This document shows, one piece after another, positions 31,493 to 41,992 of a DNA stretch of 64,000 bases. Source of the stretch: an uncultured Chloroflexia bacterium (lineage in GTDB: Bacteria; Chloroflexota; Chloroflexia; QHBQ01; JADMIH01); the NCBI GenBank assembly GCA_963797095.1, contig CAWCNY010000002.1:96001-160000 (forward strand), read 5' to 3'. The notes under the pieces are model-generated. The model had not been told where the DNA came from and made no database searches. It was given only the letters and a program-made list of their open reading frames with translations. A program made the translations under genes and the position numbers. Position 1 is the first letter of the stretch; each line of letters opens with the position of its first letter.

Positions 31493-31750
31493 TTAGCTAC
31501 CTATGCGGTCGTGCTCTACCAGCCATTTGACGAACAAAAGCTTCTTGAACTCCGGTGTCAGATCGGAATACTCTCCTCTGGCTACCGCCTTCTTGACGCG
31601 GGCGAGCGCAGAAGTCTCTGTAGGCGTGAAACCCTCAAGCAGAGTTCCGACACTTTCGACCTCTGTGCGGCGCTCGGAGCTTGTCTTATTCTTGGAGCTG
31701 GTGTCCTGCGCTTTGTATTTGCTGTTCTTGTTTTTTGTGGTCTCGGCCAT
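31493..31750 (-). CDS. Small hypothetical protein
   Basis: AGGAAAGGA SD, upstream TGGTATAAT, ordered C-terminus FTPTE...RGEYSDLT..KKLLFVKWLVEH. Confidence 0.65.
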   Translation of the reverse strand: MAETTKNKNSKYKAQDTSSKNKTSSERRTEVESVGTLLEGFTPTETSALARVKKAVARGEYSDLTPEFKKLLFVKWLVEHDRIGS

Positions 31751-32156
31751 TGTGTTATCCTTTCCTGTTCCTTTGGGAAGGCGAGACATTGTGATTATGG
31801 TTTCCGGATCGATGGCGGGGGCGCTGTCTATTCTTATAATAATTATACCAAAGTGGGGTAAGTCGTGAATTGCACATTGGTCCGGTATGTATCTGGTACG
31901 TTAGTATCGCTCCTGGGGTTCGTGGATCTTCTTATCTTCGCAATAAGCAAACGCCATGCCAGAAACACTGATTTGCTTACACTTGATTAACGTAAGCAAA
32001 CACCTAATAGTTTCGCTGGGCAAGCCCCCTCTTTGGGGTACACAGTTCGGTTTATAGTCAAACTGACATGGCGCGATACAATCTGCGTGCGCGCACATAT
32101 GTGCCTGGTGGATTGCAAGTCCCCTAAACTTGGCTAACCCTGGAACTTCACCCAGC

Positions 32157-33506
32157 TTATGGATATATCCGATCTAACATCCTGGGGAACGGTATCGTCT
32201 CGCGCAAATGCGGCACCCCGCAAATCCAGGCGACCAGGCGCTCTATGCCCATGCCGAAGCCGGAGTGCGGCACCGACCCGTACTTGCGCAGGTCCAGATA
32301 CCATTGAAAGGCTTCCAATGGGAGATTGTGCTCCTCGATCCTCTTGCGCATGAGATCGCCGTCGTGGATGCGCTGTGATCCGCCGCAAATCTCGCCGTAG
32401 CCTTCGGGGGCTATCAGGTCGGCGGCAAGCACTACCTCCGGACGGTTGGGATCGGGCTGCATATAGAACGCCTTGATATGGGCCGGATAGTGGGTGATAA
32501 AGAGCGGCCTGTCATACTGAGAAGCCAGGATAGTCTCCTCGTCGCCACCGAAGTCGTCCCCCCACTGCACGTCGGGGTTGTTCTTCTTCAGGATCTCGAT
32601 GGCCTCATCATAGGTGATGCGTGGGAAAGGGGCCTTGATATTCTCCAGCTTGGAAACGTCGCGCTCCAGGGCGGCCAGTTCTTCGCCGCGCTTCTCGATG
32701 ACGGTTTGTACAATATATGAGATGAATGCTTCCTCAAGCTCCAGCAGGCCAGGAAGCTCCATCCAGGCGGCCTCCGGCTCGATCATCCAGAACTCCATCA
32801 GGTGGCGGCGGGTCTTGCTCTTCTCGGCGCGGAAAGTGGGGCCGAAGCAGTACACTTTGCCGAACGCTGCAATGTCTGCCTCGTTGTACAGCTGTCCGCT
32901 CTGGGCAAGATAGGCGGGAGTGCCGAAATAATCGGTCTCGAAAAGGGTGGATGTCCCTTCGCAGGCCGCAGGGGTGAGGATTGGAGTGTCAACCAGCACA
33001 AAGCCATTGTTGTCGAGGTAGTCACGCGCGGCTTTGATCACCTCAGCGCGGATGCGGAGGATGGCGCGTTGGCGGTTGGAGCGAAGCCACAGGTGGCGGT
33101 GCTCCATTAAGAAGCCTACACCATGCTCCTTAGGCTGCACCGGGAAATCGGCGTCGGCGGCCTGGAACACCTTAATATCATTGATCGAAAGCTCGTAGCC
33201 GCCCGGCGCGCGGTCGTCCTTCCGCACTGTGCCGGTCACTATCATCGACAACTCTTGCGTAAGCCCGGAGAAGACCTCCCACGCCGCAGATGAGAGGTCG
33301 CCTTTGAACGCCACGGCCTGCACCGTGCCCGTTCCATCGCGCAGGTTGAGGAATTGGAGCTTCTTTTGGTCGCGATGGTGCATGAGCCAACCCTTGACCG
33401 TCACACGCTCACCTTCATGCTTGCCAAGGTCGCTGATATAGACGGTAAGCACCTCTGCTGTCCCCTCATCTGCGGTGGATGCCTGTGTTTCCTCGCTTGT
33501 TTGCAT
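32157..33506 (-). CDS. asnS: Asparagine--tRNA ligase
   Basis: LRDGTG OB fold, [54 protein letters not shown]. Confidence 0.95.
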   Translation of the reverse strand: MQTSEETQASTADEGTAEVLTVYISDLGKHEGERVTVKGWLMHHRDQKKLQFLNLRDGTGTVQAVAFKGDLSSAAWEVFSGLTQELSMIVTGTVRKDDRAPGGYELSINDIKVFQAADADFPVQPKEHGVGFLMEHRHLWLRSNRQRAILRIRAEVIKAARDYLDNNGFVLVDTPILTPAACEGTSTLFETDYFGTPAYLAQSGQLYNEADIAAFGKVYCFGPTFRAEKSKTRRHLMEFWMIEPEAAWMELPGLLELEEAFISYIVQTVIEKRGEELAALERDVSKLENIKAPFPRITYDEAIEILKKNNPDVQWGDDFGGDEETILASQYDRPLFITHYPAHIKAFYMQPDPNRPEVVLAADLIAPEGYGEICGGSQRIHDGDLMRKRIEEHNLPLEAFQWYLDLRKYGSVPHSGFGMGIERLVAWICGVPHLRETIPFPRMLDRIYP

Positions 33507-33908
33507 TATGATATTTCCCCTTTTTCAAAATGGGCTTTTTGTTTCTATTACATATTTAATACTCATACATATTTAATACTCAATAGATGGGCAATCCTGC
33601 AAACCTGCCCCAGAAAAGGCCCTTCTCATATCCATCTTCAGGTTGAACCGGCAGGTGTGCAAGGGGGTATTGTACACAAGAGCATGGATGAATATAATAA
33701 CTTCAACCAGTATATTACGCCGCCCGTACCTTTGCACCCATGTCCAGAGTCTTAAGGTGCGGTCGTGCGTATCTAGCCCGCTCTCTGAACATCGAATGCG
33801 CGCGGTTCTCTGTACGGCCCTCCCATACCGTACCCAACTTCATGAGAGCATACAGGGGGCCTTTCTTGACTGGAAGTAGGCTCTTGACCTGAAAGGAAGG
33901 AGAAAAGG

Positions 33909-36506
33909 ATGCAAAGAAGGCGCTTATTTCTTATGGTTGCATTACTGCTGGGCGGCTTGATAACCTACGGCCTGCTGGTGGGCGGAGGACAAACTTCCCA
34001 CGCCAGTGCTCCCATATCAGTCACATCTCAGCAAGCCAACACCGGCAGCGCGAGCATGGACAACTCGAGGGTGCTGCATGTGGAGAAGGTAACCACCGAC
34101 TACCACCACGATATCTCCCCTCCCGTCCGCTCCCTCCCCATCGTCAAAGACGGCCAATATCCTGATACTCAGATTAGCGTCATACCTGAAGGTGGTCCCC
34201 TGGGCGGCATCACAGGCAAACCCAACGGCTTCACAGGCGACCCCGCTGCCCAGACCCTGCTTGGACCTCTGGTGATCCCCACCCCACTTATCACCTTCGA
34301 CGGCCTGACTGTGGCCCAGGGTTGTGGTGCCTGTTCACCCCCAGACCCCGACGGCGATGTTGGTCCCAATAACTACGTCCACATAGTCAACTCTTCCTTC
34401 GCCGTCTACGATAAGAGCGGCACCCTCATCGATGGCCCTCACCCCACCAACAGCCTGTGGGCCGGCTTCGGTGGTCCTTGCCAGACCCAGAACTCAGGCG
34501 ACGGTATTGTGCTGCACGACCAGTTGGCTGACCGCTGGTTGATTACTCAATTCACCTCCTCAGGACCAACCTACTACCAGTGTGCCGCCGTCTCCCAGAC
34601 ATCTGACCCCACAGGCTCCTACTACCGCTACGGCTTCAACATGGGCAACCAGTTCGGTGACTATCCCAAGTACGCCGTCTGGCCCACCGCCTACTACCTC
34701 AGCGAGCGTGACTTCACCAACGGTGCTACCCAGAACGGGCAGGGTGTGCACGCCCTTGAGCGAGCCCAGATGCTGGTAGGAGGCACTGCCCAGGATATCC
34801 TCATCAGAGTGCCTTTCACCACACCTTACCTCCCAGGAGATGGCCTGCTGGTTGCCGACATCGATGGCACTACCCTCCCACCAGGGGCTAATCCCGATGC
34901 CTACGTGCTGGGATTACAGGACAATGGTGGGGGGTATGGAGCGCCATCGGACGCCATCAACATGTGGAAGTTCCATGTAGACTTCGCAGTGCCAGCCAAC
35001 TCCACCCTCACAGGACCAACCGTAATCCCTGTGGACCCATTCAACTCGATATTCGACCCATGTGGAGGAGGGAGGGCATGCATACCACAGCCAGGGACAG
35101 CGAACAAGATAGACATCTTGTCGTACAGGCAGCGGCTAACACAGCGACTGTCATACCGCAACATGGGAGCATACGAGATGCTGCTAGGAGGCTCCTCGGT
35201 TGAAGGAGCACCCAACATAGCTGGCATGAGGTGGTACGAGATCCGCAACCTGAGCAGCACTCCCACAATCTACCAGCAAGGGACATATGTGCCAGGGACA
35301 GTAGACGGGATCCACAGGTGGATGGGCAGTCTGGCGATGGACGGGAGTGGGAACATCGCATTGGGATACAGCGTATCAGATGGCAGTTCAACCTTCCCAG
35401 GGAGTGCATACACAGGGAGGCTGGCAGGAGACCCGTTAGGGCAGATGACGCAAGGGGAGGCGTACATCAAAGTAGGGACAGGGTCACAGACGGGGAGCCA
35501 GAGGTGGGGAGACTACACAGCGATGCACATCGACCCATCGGACGACTGCACATTCTGGTATGTGAACGAATACATCCCAACGACCAGTTCAGTAGGGTGG
35601 AGAGGCACGATTGGTGCCTTCAAGTTCCCCGGTTGCGGGGCAGCCACACCTACCCCCACGGCTACAGATACTCCTGTGCCTACCGACACCCCCGTGCCGA
35701 CTGACACGCCTACCTCCACAGATACTCCTCTTCCCACGTTCACGGATACTCCTGTGCCTACAGATACAAATACTCCACCACCTGGAGCGACCAACACCTC
35801 AACCCCGGTAGCCACTGACACTCCTCCTCCTGGTGGTGCTACTGCTACCCCCACTGCCTGCCTCATCTCCTTCACTGACGTGCCCCCAGGCTCTACCTTC
35901 TACGACTACATCAGGTGCATGGCATGTAGGGGCATCATCAACGGCTACACCTCAGGGTGCGAGAGCGGCAACCCATGCTTCCGCCCCAACAACAACGTCA
36001 CAAGGGGCCAGCTATCCAAGATAGTGTCCAACTCAGCAGGCTACAATGATGACCCAGGTCCCCAGCGCTTTGAGGATGTGCCACTCGGTTCAACCTTCTA
36101 CGACTTCATAGGGAGGCTGGCCAGTAGAAACATCATCGCAGGGTACCCATGCGGAGGACCTGGTGAACCGTGCGTGGGCCCAGGGAACCTGCCGTACTTC
36201 AGACCCAATGCCAACATCACAAGGGGACAGATCTCCAAGATAGTGTCAGAGGCAGCGGGGTACTCGGACCCGGTAGGAGACCAGCAGTTCCAGGACGTAC
36301 TGCCAGGGTCAACCTTCTACGACTGGATATGGAGGCTGACAGACCGGGGCATCATGAATGGCTACCCATGCGGAGGTCCTGGTGAACCGTGTGTAGGCCC
36401 TGCCAACCTGCCATACTTCAGACCTGGAGCCAACGCGACGAGAGGGCAAGCCTCCAAGATAGTGGCTAACACCTTCTTGCCTGCCTGCTATACTCCTGTG
36501 CGCTAA
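33909..36506 (+). CDS. Secreted SLH-domain protein, paralog 1 (uncharacterised PPD..RWGDY domain)
   Basis: Signal peptide; PPDPDGDVGPN, DQLADRW, DYPK, RWYE, RWGDY, DDCTFW; PT linker; three Cys-containing SLH repeats (FxDV...RGQ.SKIV). Confidence 0.85.
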   Translation: MQRRRLFLMVALLLGGLITYGLLVGGGQTSHASAPISVTSQQANTGSASMDNSRVLHVEKVTTDYHHDISPPVRSLPIVKDGQYPDTQISVIPEGGPLGGITGKPNGFTGDPAAQTLLGPLVIPTPLITFDGLTVAQGCGACSPPDPDGDVGPNNYVHIVNSSFAVYDKSGTLIDGPHPTNSLWAGFGGPCQTQNSGDGIVLHDQLADRWLITQFTSSGPTYYQCAAVSQTSDPTGSYYRYGFNMGNQFGDYPKYAVWPTAYYLSERDFTNGATQNGQGVHALERAQMLVGGTAQDILIRVPFTTPYLPGDGLLVADIDGTTLPPGANPDAYVLGLQDNGGGYGAPSDAINMWKFHVDFAVPANSTLTGPTVIPVDPFNSIFDPCGGGRACIPQPGTANKIDILSYRQRLTQRLSYRNMGAYEMLLGGSSVEGAPNIAGMRWYEIRNLSSTPTIYQQGTYVPGTVDGIHRWMGSLAMDGSGNIALGYSVSDGSSTFPGSAYTGRLAGDPLGQMTQGEAYIKVGTGSQTGSQRWGDYTAMHIDPSDDCTFWYVNEYIPTTSSVGWRGTIGAFKFPGCGAATPTPTATDTPVPTDTPVPTDTPTSTDTPLPTFTDTPVPTDTNTPPPGATNTSTPVATDTPPPGGATATPTACLISFTDVPPGSTFYDYIRCMACRGIINGYTSGCESGNPCFRPNNNVTRGQLSKIVSNSAGYNDDPGPQRFEDVPLGSTFYDFIGRLASRNIIAGYPCGGPGEPCVGPGNLPYFRPNANITRGQISKIVSEAAGYSDPVGDQQFQDVLPGSTFYDWIWRLTDRGIMNGYPCGGPGEPCVGPANLPYFRPGANATRGQASKIVANTFLPACYTPVR

Positions 36507-36533
36507 CCTATCACGCCCGTAATCTGAGACAAA

Positions 36534-36570
36534 GAAGAAGAATGAGCCGCACTCAGGCTCATTCTTCTTT
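36534..36570 (+). terminator. Rho-independent terminator
   Basis: aagaagaatgagcc-gcactca-ggctcattcttctt just after the stop codon. Confidence 0.75.
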
Positions 36571-36641
36571 GTATTCATAGCAGGAAATACGTACAATACC
36601 AGTAGCCCCTGGCGAAATACTTGGAAGCAGGTGTCCAGTAA

Positions 36642-36887
36642 ATGAAAGTTAAAGTGTTACTCTTTGCGACCTTGCGCGAAGCCGTAGGTGTGTCCCAGAG
36701 CGCCCTTGAGGTCGAGCCTGGAGCGCGTGTGGGTGATGTATGGGCTGGCATGGCCGACCTGTATCCAGGCCTCCTCCCCCACACAGGCACGGCTGCCTTC
36801 GCTATCAATGGCACTTATGCAAAACCCAATGAACAGGTGAGCGAGGGCGATGAAATAGCCTTCCTCCCCCCCGTAAGTGGCGGTTGA
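36642..36887 (+). CDS. moaD: Molybdopterin synthase sulfur carrier subunit
   Basis: FATLRE; C-terminal FLPPVSGG. Confidence 0.92.
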   Translation: MKVKVLLFATLREAVGVSQSALEVEPGARVGDVWAGMADLYPGLLPHTGTAAFAINGTYAKPNEQVSEGDEIAFLPPVSGG

Positions 36888-37342
36888 CCACAATGAAGTC
36901 CCAAACCGAGATTGATCTTTCGTGCTCCTTATTCGAAATCACTTCCGACCCACTGTCCGTGGACGAACTGGCGGCGGTCGTGCTGACGGGCGGCGATGGC
37001 GCGGTCGTGACGTTCGCAGGCACAGTACGCGACAATCACCTGGGTAAGCACGTGCTGGCCCTTGAATATGAGGCGTACCCTGCTATGGCCGAATCGGAGA
37101 TGCGCCAAATCGGACTCCAGATGATAGCCAAGTATGGCCTGCATGGCATAGCTATGCGCCACCGTACAGGTAAGCTGTCGATTGGCGAGATCAGCGTGAT
37201 AATCGCTGTGTCGGCCCCTCATCGGGGCGAAGCATTCGCCGCCTGTAGTGAAGCTCTTGATCTACTAAAAGCCACCGTACCGGTCTGGAAGAAAGAACAC
37301 TTCGAAGACGGCGAGGTCTGGGTAGGACAGGGCGCGGGATAA
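36884..37342 (+). CDS. moaE: Molybdopterin synthase catalytic subunit
   Basis: GAVVTFAGTVR, LEYEAY, HRTG, APHR, PVWKKE; start may be ATG 36893. Confidence 0.93.
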   Translation: MTTMKSQTEIDLSCSLFEITSDPLSVDELAAVVLTGGDGAVVTFAGTVRDNHLGKHVLALEYEAYPAMAESEMRQIGLQMIAKYGLHGIAMRHRTGKLSIGEISVIIAVSAPHRGEAFAACSEALDLLKATVPVWKKEHFEDGEVWVGQGAG

Positions 37343-37413
37343 GGTGCTGGTTGCTGATTGCTCCAGGTATTGAAACTAGGAACCAGGAACTTGGAATTAG
37401 TACTTCCTAATGT

Positions 37414-37842
37414 TCATTCGCTGCTCCCAGGAATAATCGCTAACCCCGGATGGCTAAAGGTGGGGTCGAACGTAAAGACCTCCGAGATACCTAGATACTG
37501 TATCACCGAGTAGTTCACGCAATCGGTGAAAGTCCATTGAGGGTGATCGTCCTCGACGAACACGCGCCATGCGCGCTCAAAAATCACAGTATCGGTCATA
37601 AAGAAGCGTACAAGCTGCGAATTGCGTATCAGCTCCTGCACCGCCTGCGCCGCCTGCAATGACCCGAATACTTTCAGCGCGCTATACACCTGGTCGAGCA
37701 CGTAATCTGTAATAACAAATCGCACGGGCTGGTTGCGCAGATGCTCCCACAATTGCACCGCCGCAGTGTGGTTCGGGTCCCTAGTGTTGTAGAGGGCCAG
37801 CCAGCCGCTTGAGTTGACGAAGATGGTGCGCTTCTGCATCAT
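37414..37842 (-). CDS. PIN-domain (VapC-like) protein with degenerate active site
   Basis: IFVNSS, DPNH, TDYVLDQ, FTDC, FTFD..F. Confidence 0.8.
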   Translation of the reverse strand: MMQKRTIFVNSSGWLALYNTRDPNHTAAVQLWEHLRNQPVRFVITDYVLDQVYSALKVFGSLQAAQAVQELIRNSQLVRFFMTDTVIFERAWRVFVEDDHPQWTFTDCVNYSVIQYLGISEVFTFDPTFSHPGLAIIPGSSE

Positions 37843-38141
37843 CCTACTCCCCCTTCGCCACTCTCACTCTCCCTTTTTGCTCGCTCGCTTCCTTCGGGCA
37901 CAGCAGGTACACTCAGATCGCCATAGCTGGCGCTAAGGGCCGGAAGAGACCATATAGGATCATCGGGGATGGGTACGATCGGGTTGCGTTCGGGAGGGGC
38001 CGGCACCGTCGCGAAGTACATAGCCACCGCATCGCGTACCACCGCGCTCAAGGGCACTCCCAATTCCTGCGCTCTCTCCACAAGGCGCTCGTACATGCCA
38101 CGTTCCATATTGAGGTGAACGTCTATGTTCAAATTCATCAT
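37839..38141 (-). CDS. Putative RHH/CopG-like antitoxin
   Basis: VHLNM...YERLVERAQELGVPLSAVVRDAV; overlaps the PIN start by 4 nt; AGGAG SD. Confidence 0.65.
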   Translation of the reverse strand: MMNLNIDVHLNMERGMYERLVERAQELGVPLSAVVRDAVAMYFATVPAPPERNPIVPIPDDPIWSLPALSASYGDLSVPAVPEGSERAKRESESGEGGVG

Positions 38142-38426
38142 GTGTAAAACCGCTCCTATCAATTGGGGTTATAGACCCCCGCGCCAGTTTACACTTCCGA
38201 AGCAGAATCGTCAACATACAACCGGCCCACAGGCTCACTCGATGCAGCAACTCCACTATCTCCCCGGTAGAGACAAGCAGCTTATGCATAGACTGCATCC
38301 AGCCCACGCCTACTTCGTCTGCGGCCCATTATTGTGGGGATGGAGGAAAGTAAATAGTGAGGAAAGAGTTGGAAGACACCCCAACCCCGGATGTTATAAT
38401 AGCTAACTAAAACGAGGAGGGCCACT

Positions 38427-39377
38427 ATGCCCAGCGACAACGGCACGTCCAAGAAAGGAAGAAGCAAGCAGCGAGATGATAAGAGCAAGCACAAGAAAGC
38501 CAAAGGTCGCGAATCCACAGCCTCAATCTCCGAGCCTGAGAAGCTTGTTGGCGACGGCACTCCTAACCCTAACTATCCACGCTACCGAGTCAACCCTGGC
38601 GAGCACATCCGGCTGAAGGATGTAGACCCCAACGAGACCGAGCACTACGACGACAAAGAGGATGCAGAAGGTCCATTGCGCAAGCAGCTTGCCAGGATTG
38701 AAAGCCTACAGGAGCGTCTTTATGCGGAAGGAAAGCAGAGCCTTCTCATAGTGCTACAGGCTATGGATACAGGCGGCAAGGACGGCACGATCCGTGGTGT
38801 CTTCGAGGGCGTGAATCCGCAAGGTTGCCAGGTTGTCAGCTTCAAAGTGCCCACTCCCGAGGAACTTGCCCATGATTTCCTATGGCGCGTCCACCGAAAG
38901 ACCCCTGGGCGCGGCTATATCACTATATTCAACCGCTCTCACTATGAAGACGTGCTCATCGTTCGCGTGCACAGCCTGGTACCCGAGGAGGTCTGGTCAA
39001 AACGTTACGATAGGATCAACCAATGGGAAGAGCTTCTCTATGAAGACAGGACCACCATCCTTAAGTTCTATCTGCACATCTCCAAGGACGAGCAGAAGGA
39101 ACGTCTCGAAGCCCGGCGCGATACTCCTGATAAGGCCTGGAAATTCAGTACAGGTGACCTGGCTGAGCGTGCCCTCTGGGATACGTATATGGCGGCTTAT
39201 GAAGACGCGATCAATAAATGCTCAACAGAGCACGCGCCCTGGTATGTCATTCCCGCTAACCATAAGTGGTACCGCAACCTGGTGATCGCCCGTACCATAG
39301 CCGACACGCTGGAAGCGATGGACCCTCAATACCCGCCGCCTGAGGAAGGTATAGAGAATATAGTCATCCCCGACTAA
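38427..39377 (+). CDS. ppk2: Polyphosphate kinase 2 family protein
   Basis: QAMDTGGKDG, FKVPT.EE..HDFLWR, FNRSHYEDV, PW.VIPANHKWYR. Confidence 0.92.
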   Translation: MPSDNGTSKKGRSKQRDDKSKHKKAKGRESTASISEPEKLVGDGTPNPNYPRYRVNPGEHIRLKDVDPNETEHYDDKEDAEGPLRKQLARIESLQERLYAEGKQSLLIVLQAMDTGGKDGTIRGVFEGVNPQGCQVVSFKVPTPEELAHDFLWRVHRKTPGRGYITIFNRSHYEDVLIVRVHSLVPEEVWSKRYDRINQWEELLYEDRTTILKFYLHISKDEQKERLEARRDTPDKAWKFSTGDLAERALWDTYMAAYEDAINKCSTEHAPWYVIPANHKWYRNLVIARTIADTLEAMDPQYPPPEEGIENIVIPD

Positions 39378-39428
39378 TCACGCGACAACCGACAACCCAC
39401 GTCACAAAGGCAACCGAATCAACCCACG

Positions 39429-41855
39429 TCACAAAGGCAACCGAATAATAAAGGTTGAACCCACTCCACGCTGGCTGGTCACGGTAATATCACCACCATG
39501 TTGGGTGATTATGTACTTCGCGCTCGCGAGGCCGATCCCCGCGCCGCTGATCCTGCCCGACACGTTCTTGGCGCGCCGGTACCACTCAAAAATATGGGGT
39601 AGTTCGGTGTCGGCTATTCCTATTCCCTGGTCCTCGATTGCCAGCATAGCCCAATCACCATGACTATGCGGAATATTTGCGTCCCCTCCATCCTCGTAGC
39701 CAGCCTTACTGCCGGCTTCCCGCCATACGCGTAATGTGACCACACCGCCATCCGGGCTGTACTTGATGGCATTGGATAAGAGGTTGGCAACCACCTGCTC
39801 CAGCCGAGTGGCATCCCAACGCCCGATCACAGGTTCGGTTTCCGCTTCCACCACGATACGATGGTCGGTGGTGGTGCGCCGGAACTCGACCGCTGCTGTG
39901 CGCGCCAGGTCCACCAGATTGAGGGGCCTTCGTTGCAGAGTAAGAGGCTGGCCTGCCTGCAACCTCCCGAAATCGAGAAGGTCGTTCAGGAGCTGGTTCA
40001 TCTTATTTGACGACTCGTCGATCCGCCCGATCACCTGTTCCAGCCGATCCCAATTGCGGGCATCCAGCAGTGACAGCCTTCGCCGCAATAACTGCGAGTA
40101 CCCCTTGATTGCCGTCAAGGGATTCTTCAAGTCATGCGATACTATAGCCAATAGCTCATCGCGAGCGTGCACTGCACCCTCGGCATCTCGCCTCGCCTCC
40201 TGTTCGCTTGCCAGCAATTGCTCGCGCTCCTGTGTAGCCTTTCTACGCTCGTGTATGTCCGTTACCGCCCCTATCCACTCCCGGACGCTGCCATCTGAAC
40301 TGAGCAAAGGCACAGCGCGCACAGTAAAGTACCTGTATTCATCGGTGGCGGCGTTCCAGAGTCTCCCCACACCTCTGTAGATCATCTTGTGCGCAACCGC
40401 CTTACCCCACACCTCCAACAGGTGCGCCCGATCTTCAGGATGGACCATTTTGATCCAACCTTCTCCCTTGTGTTCATCCCAGGGCTGTCCCGTGTATGCT
40501 TCCCACGATAATTGCGGTTCCACGAAGTCGCCATTGCCTACGCTTGTCCATACGACATCCGAGGTGGCTTCTACCAGGCTGCGATAGCGCTCTTCGCTCC
40601 GGGCCAGGTCTTCTTCGGCTCTTCTACGGCCTGTTATATCTTCCATGATGCCAATCAGCGACTCTACCGTTCCGTCGCTCGCCATTTCCGGCACTATACG
40701 CGTGCGGAACCACCTGCCCTGGTAGCTGAACTCCAGTGCTGTCTCTTGCCCCGTCTTTATTGCCTCCTTACACGCTTTCCCCAACGGCTTTCTGATGTTC
40801 GAGGGCAAGCCGAGATCTTTCCAAGTCTTACCCAGGTACTCCTCCGGCGCAATCCCTGACACCTCCTGCACCGCACTGTTGATGTAGGTATGCCGCAGGT
40901 CGGTGTCCAGCCTGAATATTATGTCGGGCGCGTTCTCTACCAAAGTGCCGAATTCGCGCTCCCGCATTCGCAGGCGCTCTTCCAACTTCTTGCGCTCGCT
41001 TATGTTCACAATGTAAGCCACCGCGATATTAATCGAGCCTTCCAGACGTGCCGCCCCTATCAACACCGGCACGCGCGTGCCGTCTTTGTGTATATACACT
41101 CTCTCATGGGGCTTATAGACCGCGGTTTCCTGTAGCTCCTTGAGCGCAGCATTGTCCAGGTGCAGCATTTCGCTGGGGGTCAGGTCTGCCCAACTCATCT
41201 TGCCTGTTTTTACATCCTCTCGCGAATAACCAAGCATATCGAGCAGCGCGTCATTGGCGTACAAAATATGCCCTGTGAAATCGCCCACCAGGATGCCAAT
41301 AATGTTCGACTCGACCAGGCGTTGCAATTGGGCTTGTGTAATACGCAGGGCTTCCTCGGCGCGCTGCCTCTCTGCTATCTCAGCGCGTAGCTCTCGGTTC
41401 GTGTCCTCTAACTGCTGCGTGCGCTCCAGCACTCTCCCCTCAAGCTGGATGTTCAGGCGTCTTATCTCCTCCTCCGCAAGTTTGCGCTGCGTGATGTCTC
41501 GTACAATCACCTGTATCAGCCCGTCACTGAGCATCCTCGCGCTCAATTCCACCGGCAGGCGTGAACCGTCTTTGCATAACAGCAACCGCTCGTCAATTAA
41601 GGGCGCGCCGCTCTTAAGTATTTCATAACGAAGAGGTTGGCGCTCCAGGTCTTCGGGTGCTACCACTTCGGATACCGTGAGACTCAGTAGCTCATCGCGA
41701 GTATAGCCGAGCATCTCGCAGGCACGCGTGTTCACATCGTGAAAGCGCCCCTGGATATCGTAGATAGCGATGCCATCGGGCGACTGCTCGACCAGCATGC
41801 GGTACCTGTCTTCTGTCGCGCTCCGGCTCTCTTTTGATATGTCTTCGATTGCCAT
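39429..41855 (-). CDS. Cytoplasmic multi-PAS sensor histidine kinase
   Basis: Four PAS/PAC-like segments, SHDLKNPL H-box, NLLSNAIKY, DQGIG, GAGIGL; no adjacent response regulator. Confidence 0.92.
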   Translation of the reverse strand: MAIEDISKESRSATEDRYRMLVEQSPDGIAIYDIQGRFHDVNTRACEMLGYTRDELLSLTVSEVVAPEDLERQPLRYEILKSGAPLIDERLLLCKDGSRLPVELSARMLSDGLIQVIVRDITQRKLAEEEIRRLNIQLEGRVLERTQQLEDTNRELRAEIAERQRAEEALRITQAQLQRLVESNIIGILVGDFTGHILYANDALLDMLGYSREDVKTGKMSWADLTPSEMLHLDNAALKELQETAVYKPHERVYIHKDGTRVPVLIGAARLEGSINIAVAYIVNISERKKLEERLRMREREFGTLVENAPDIIFRLDTDLRHTYINSAVQEVSGIAPEEYLGKTWKDLGLPSNIRKPLGKACKEAIKTGQETALEFSYQGRWFRTRIVPEMASDGTVESLIGIMEDITGRRRAEEDLARSEERYRSLVEATSDVVWTSVGNGDFVEPQLSWEAYTGQPWDEHKGEGWIKMVHPEDRAHLLEVWGKAVAHKMIYRGVGRLWNAATDEYRYFTVRAVPLLSSDGSVREWIGAVTDIHERRKATQEREQLLASEQEARRDAEGAVHARDELLAIVSHDLKNPLTAIKGYSQLLRRRLSLLDARNWDRLEQVIGRIDESSNKMNQLLNDLLDFGRLQAGQPLTLQRRPLNLVDLARTAAVEFRRTTTDHRIVVEAETEPVIGRWDATRLEQVVANLLSNAIKYSPDGGVVTLRVWREAGSKAGYEDGGDANIPHSHGDWAMLAIEDQGIGIADTELPHIFEWYRRAKNVSGRISGAGIGLASAKYIITQHGGDITVTSQRGVGSTFIIRLPL

Positions 41856-41992
41856 GACCTGCTTTTCCAGGGTTCAGAGGAGTGTGTGTTTATATTGTAT
41901 TACAAACCCCGAACCGCGCGCCTTCATAAGTCCGGTGATGGTATTCGTGCCAGGCACACAGGGTAATAAATATATACGAAACTGAGGCTGAA

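Noticed and set aside
31972-32000. Palindrome tttgcttac-N11-gtaagcaaa
   Set aside because: Single occurrence with no assignable regulator; too weak to call.
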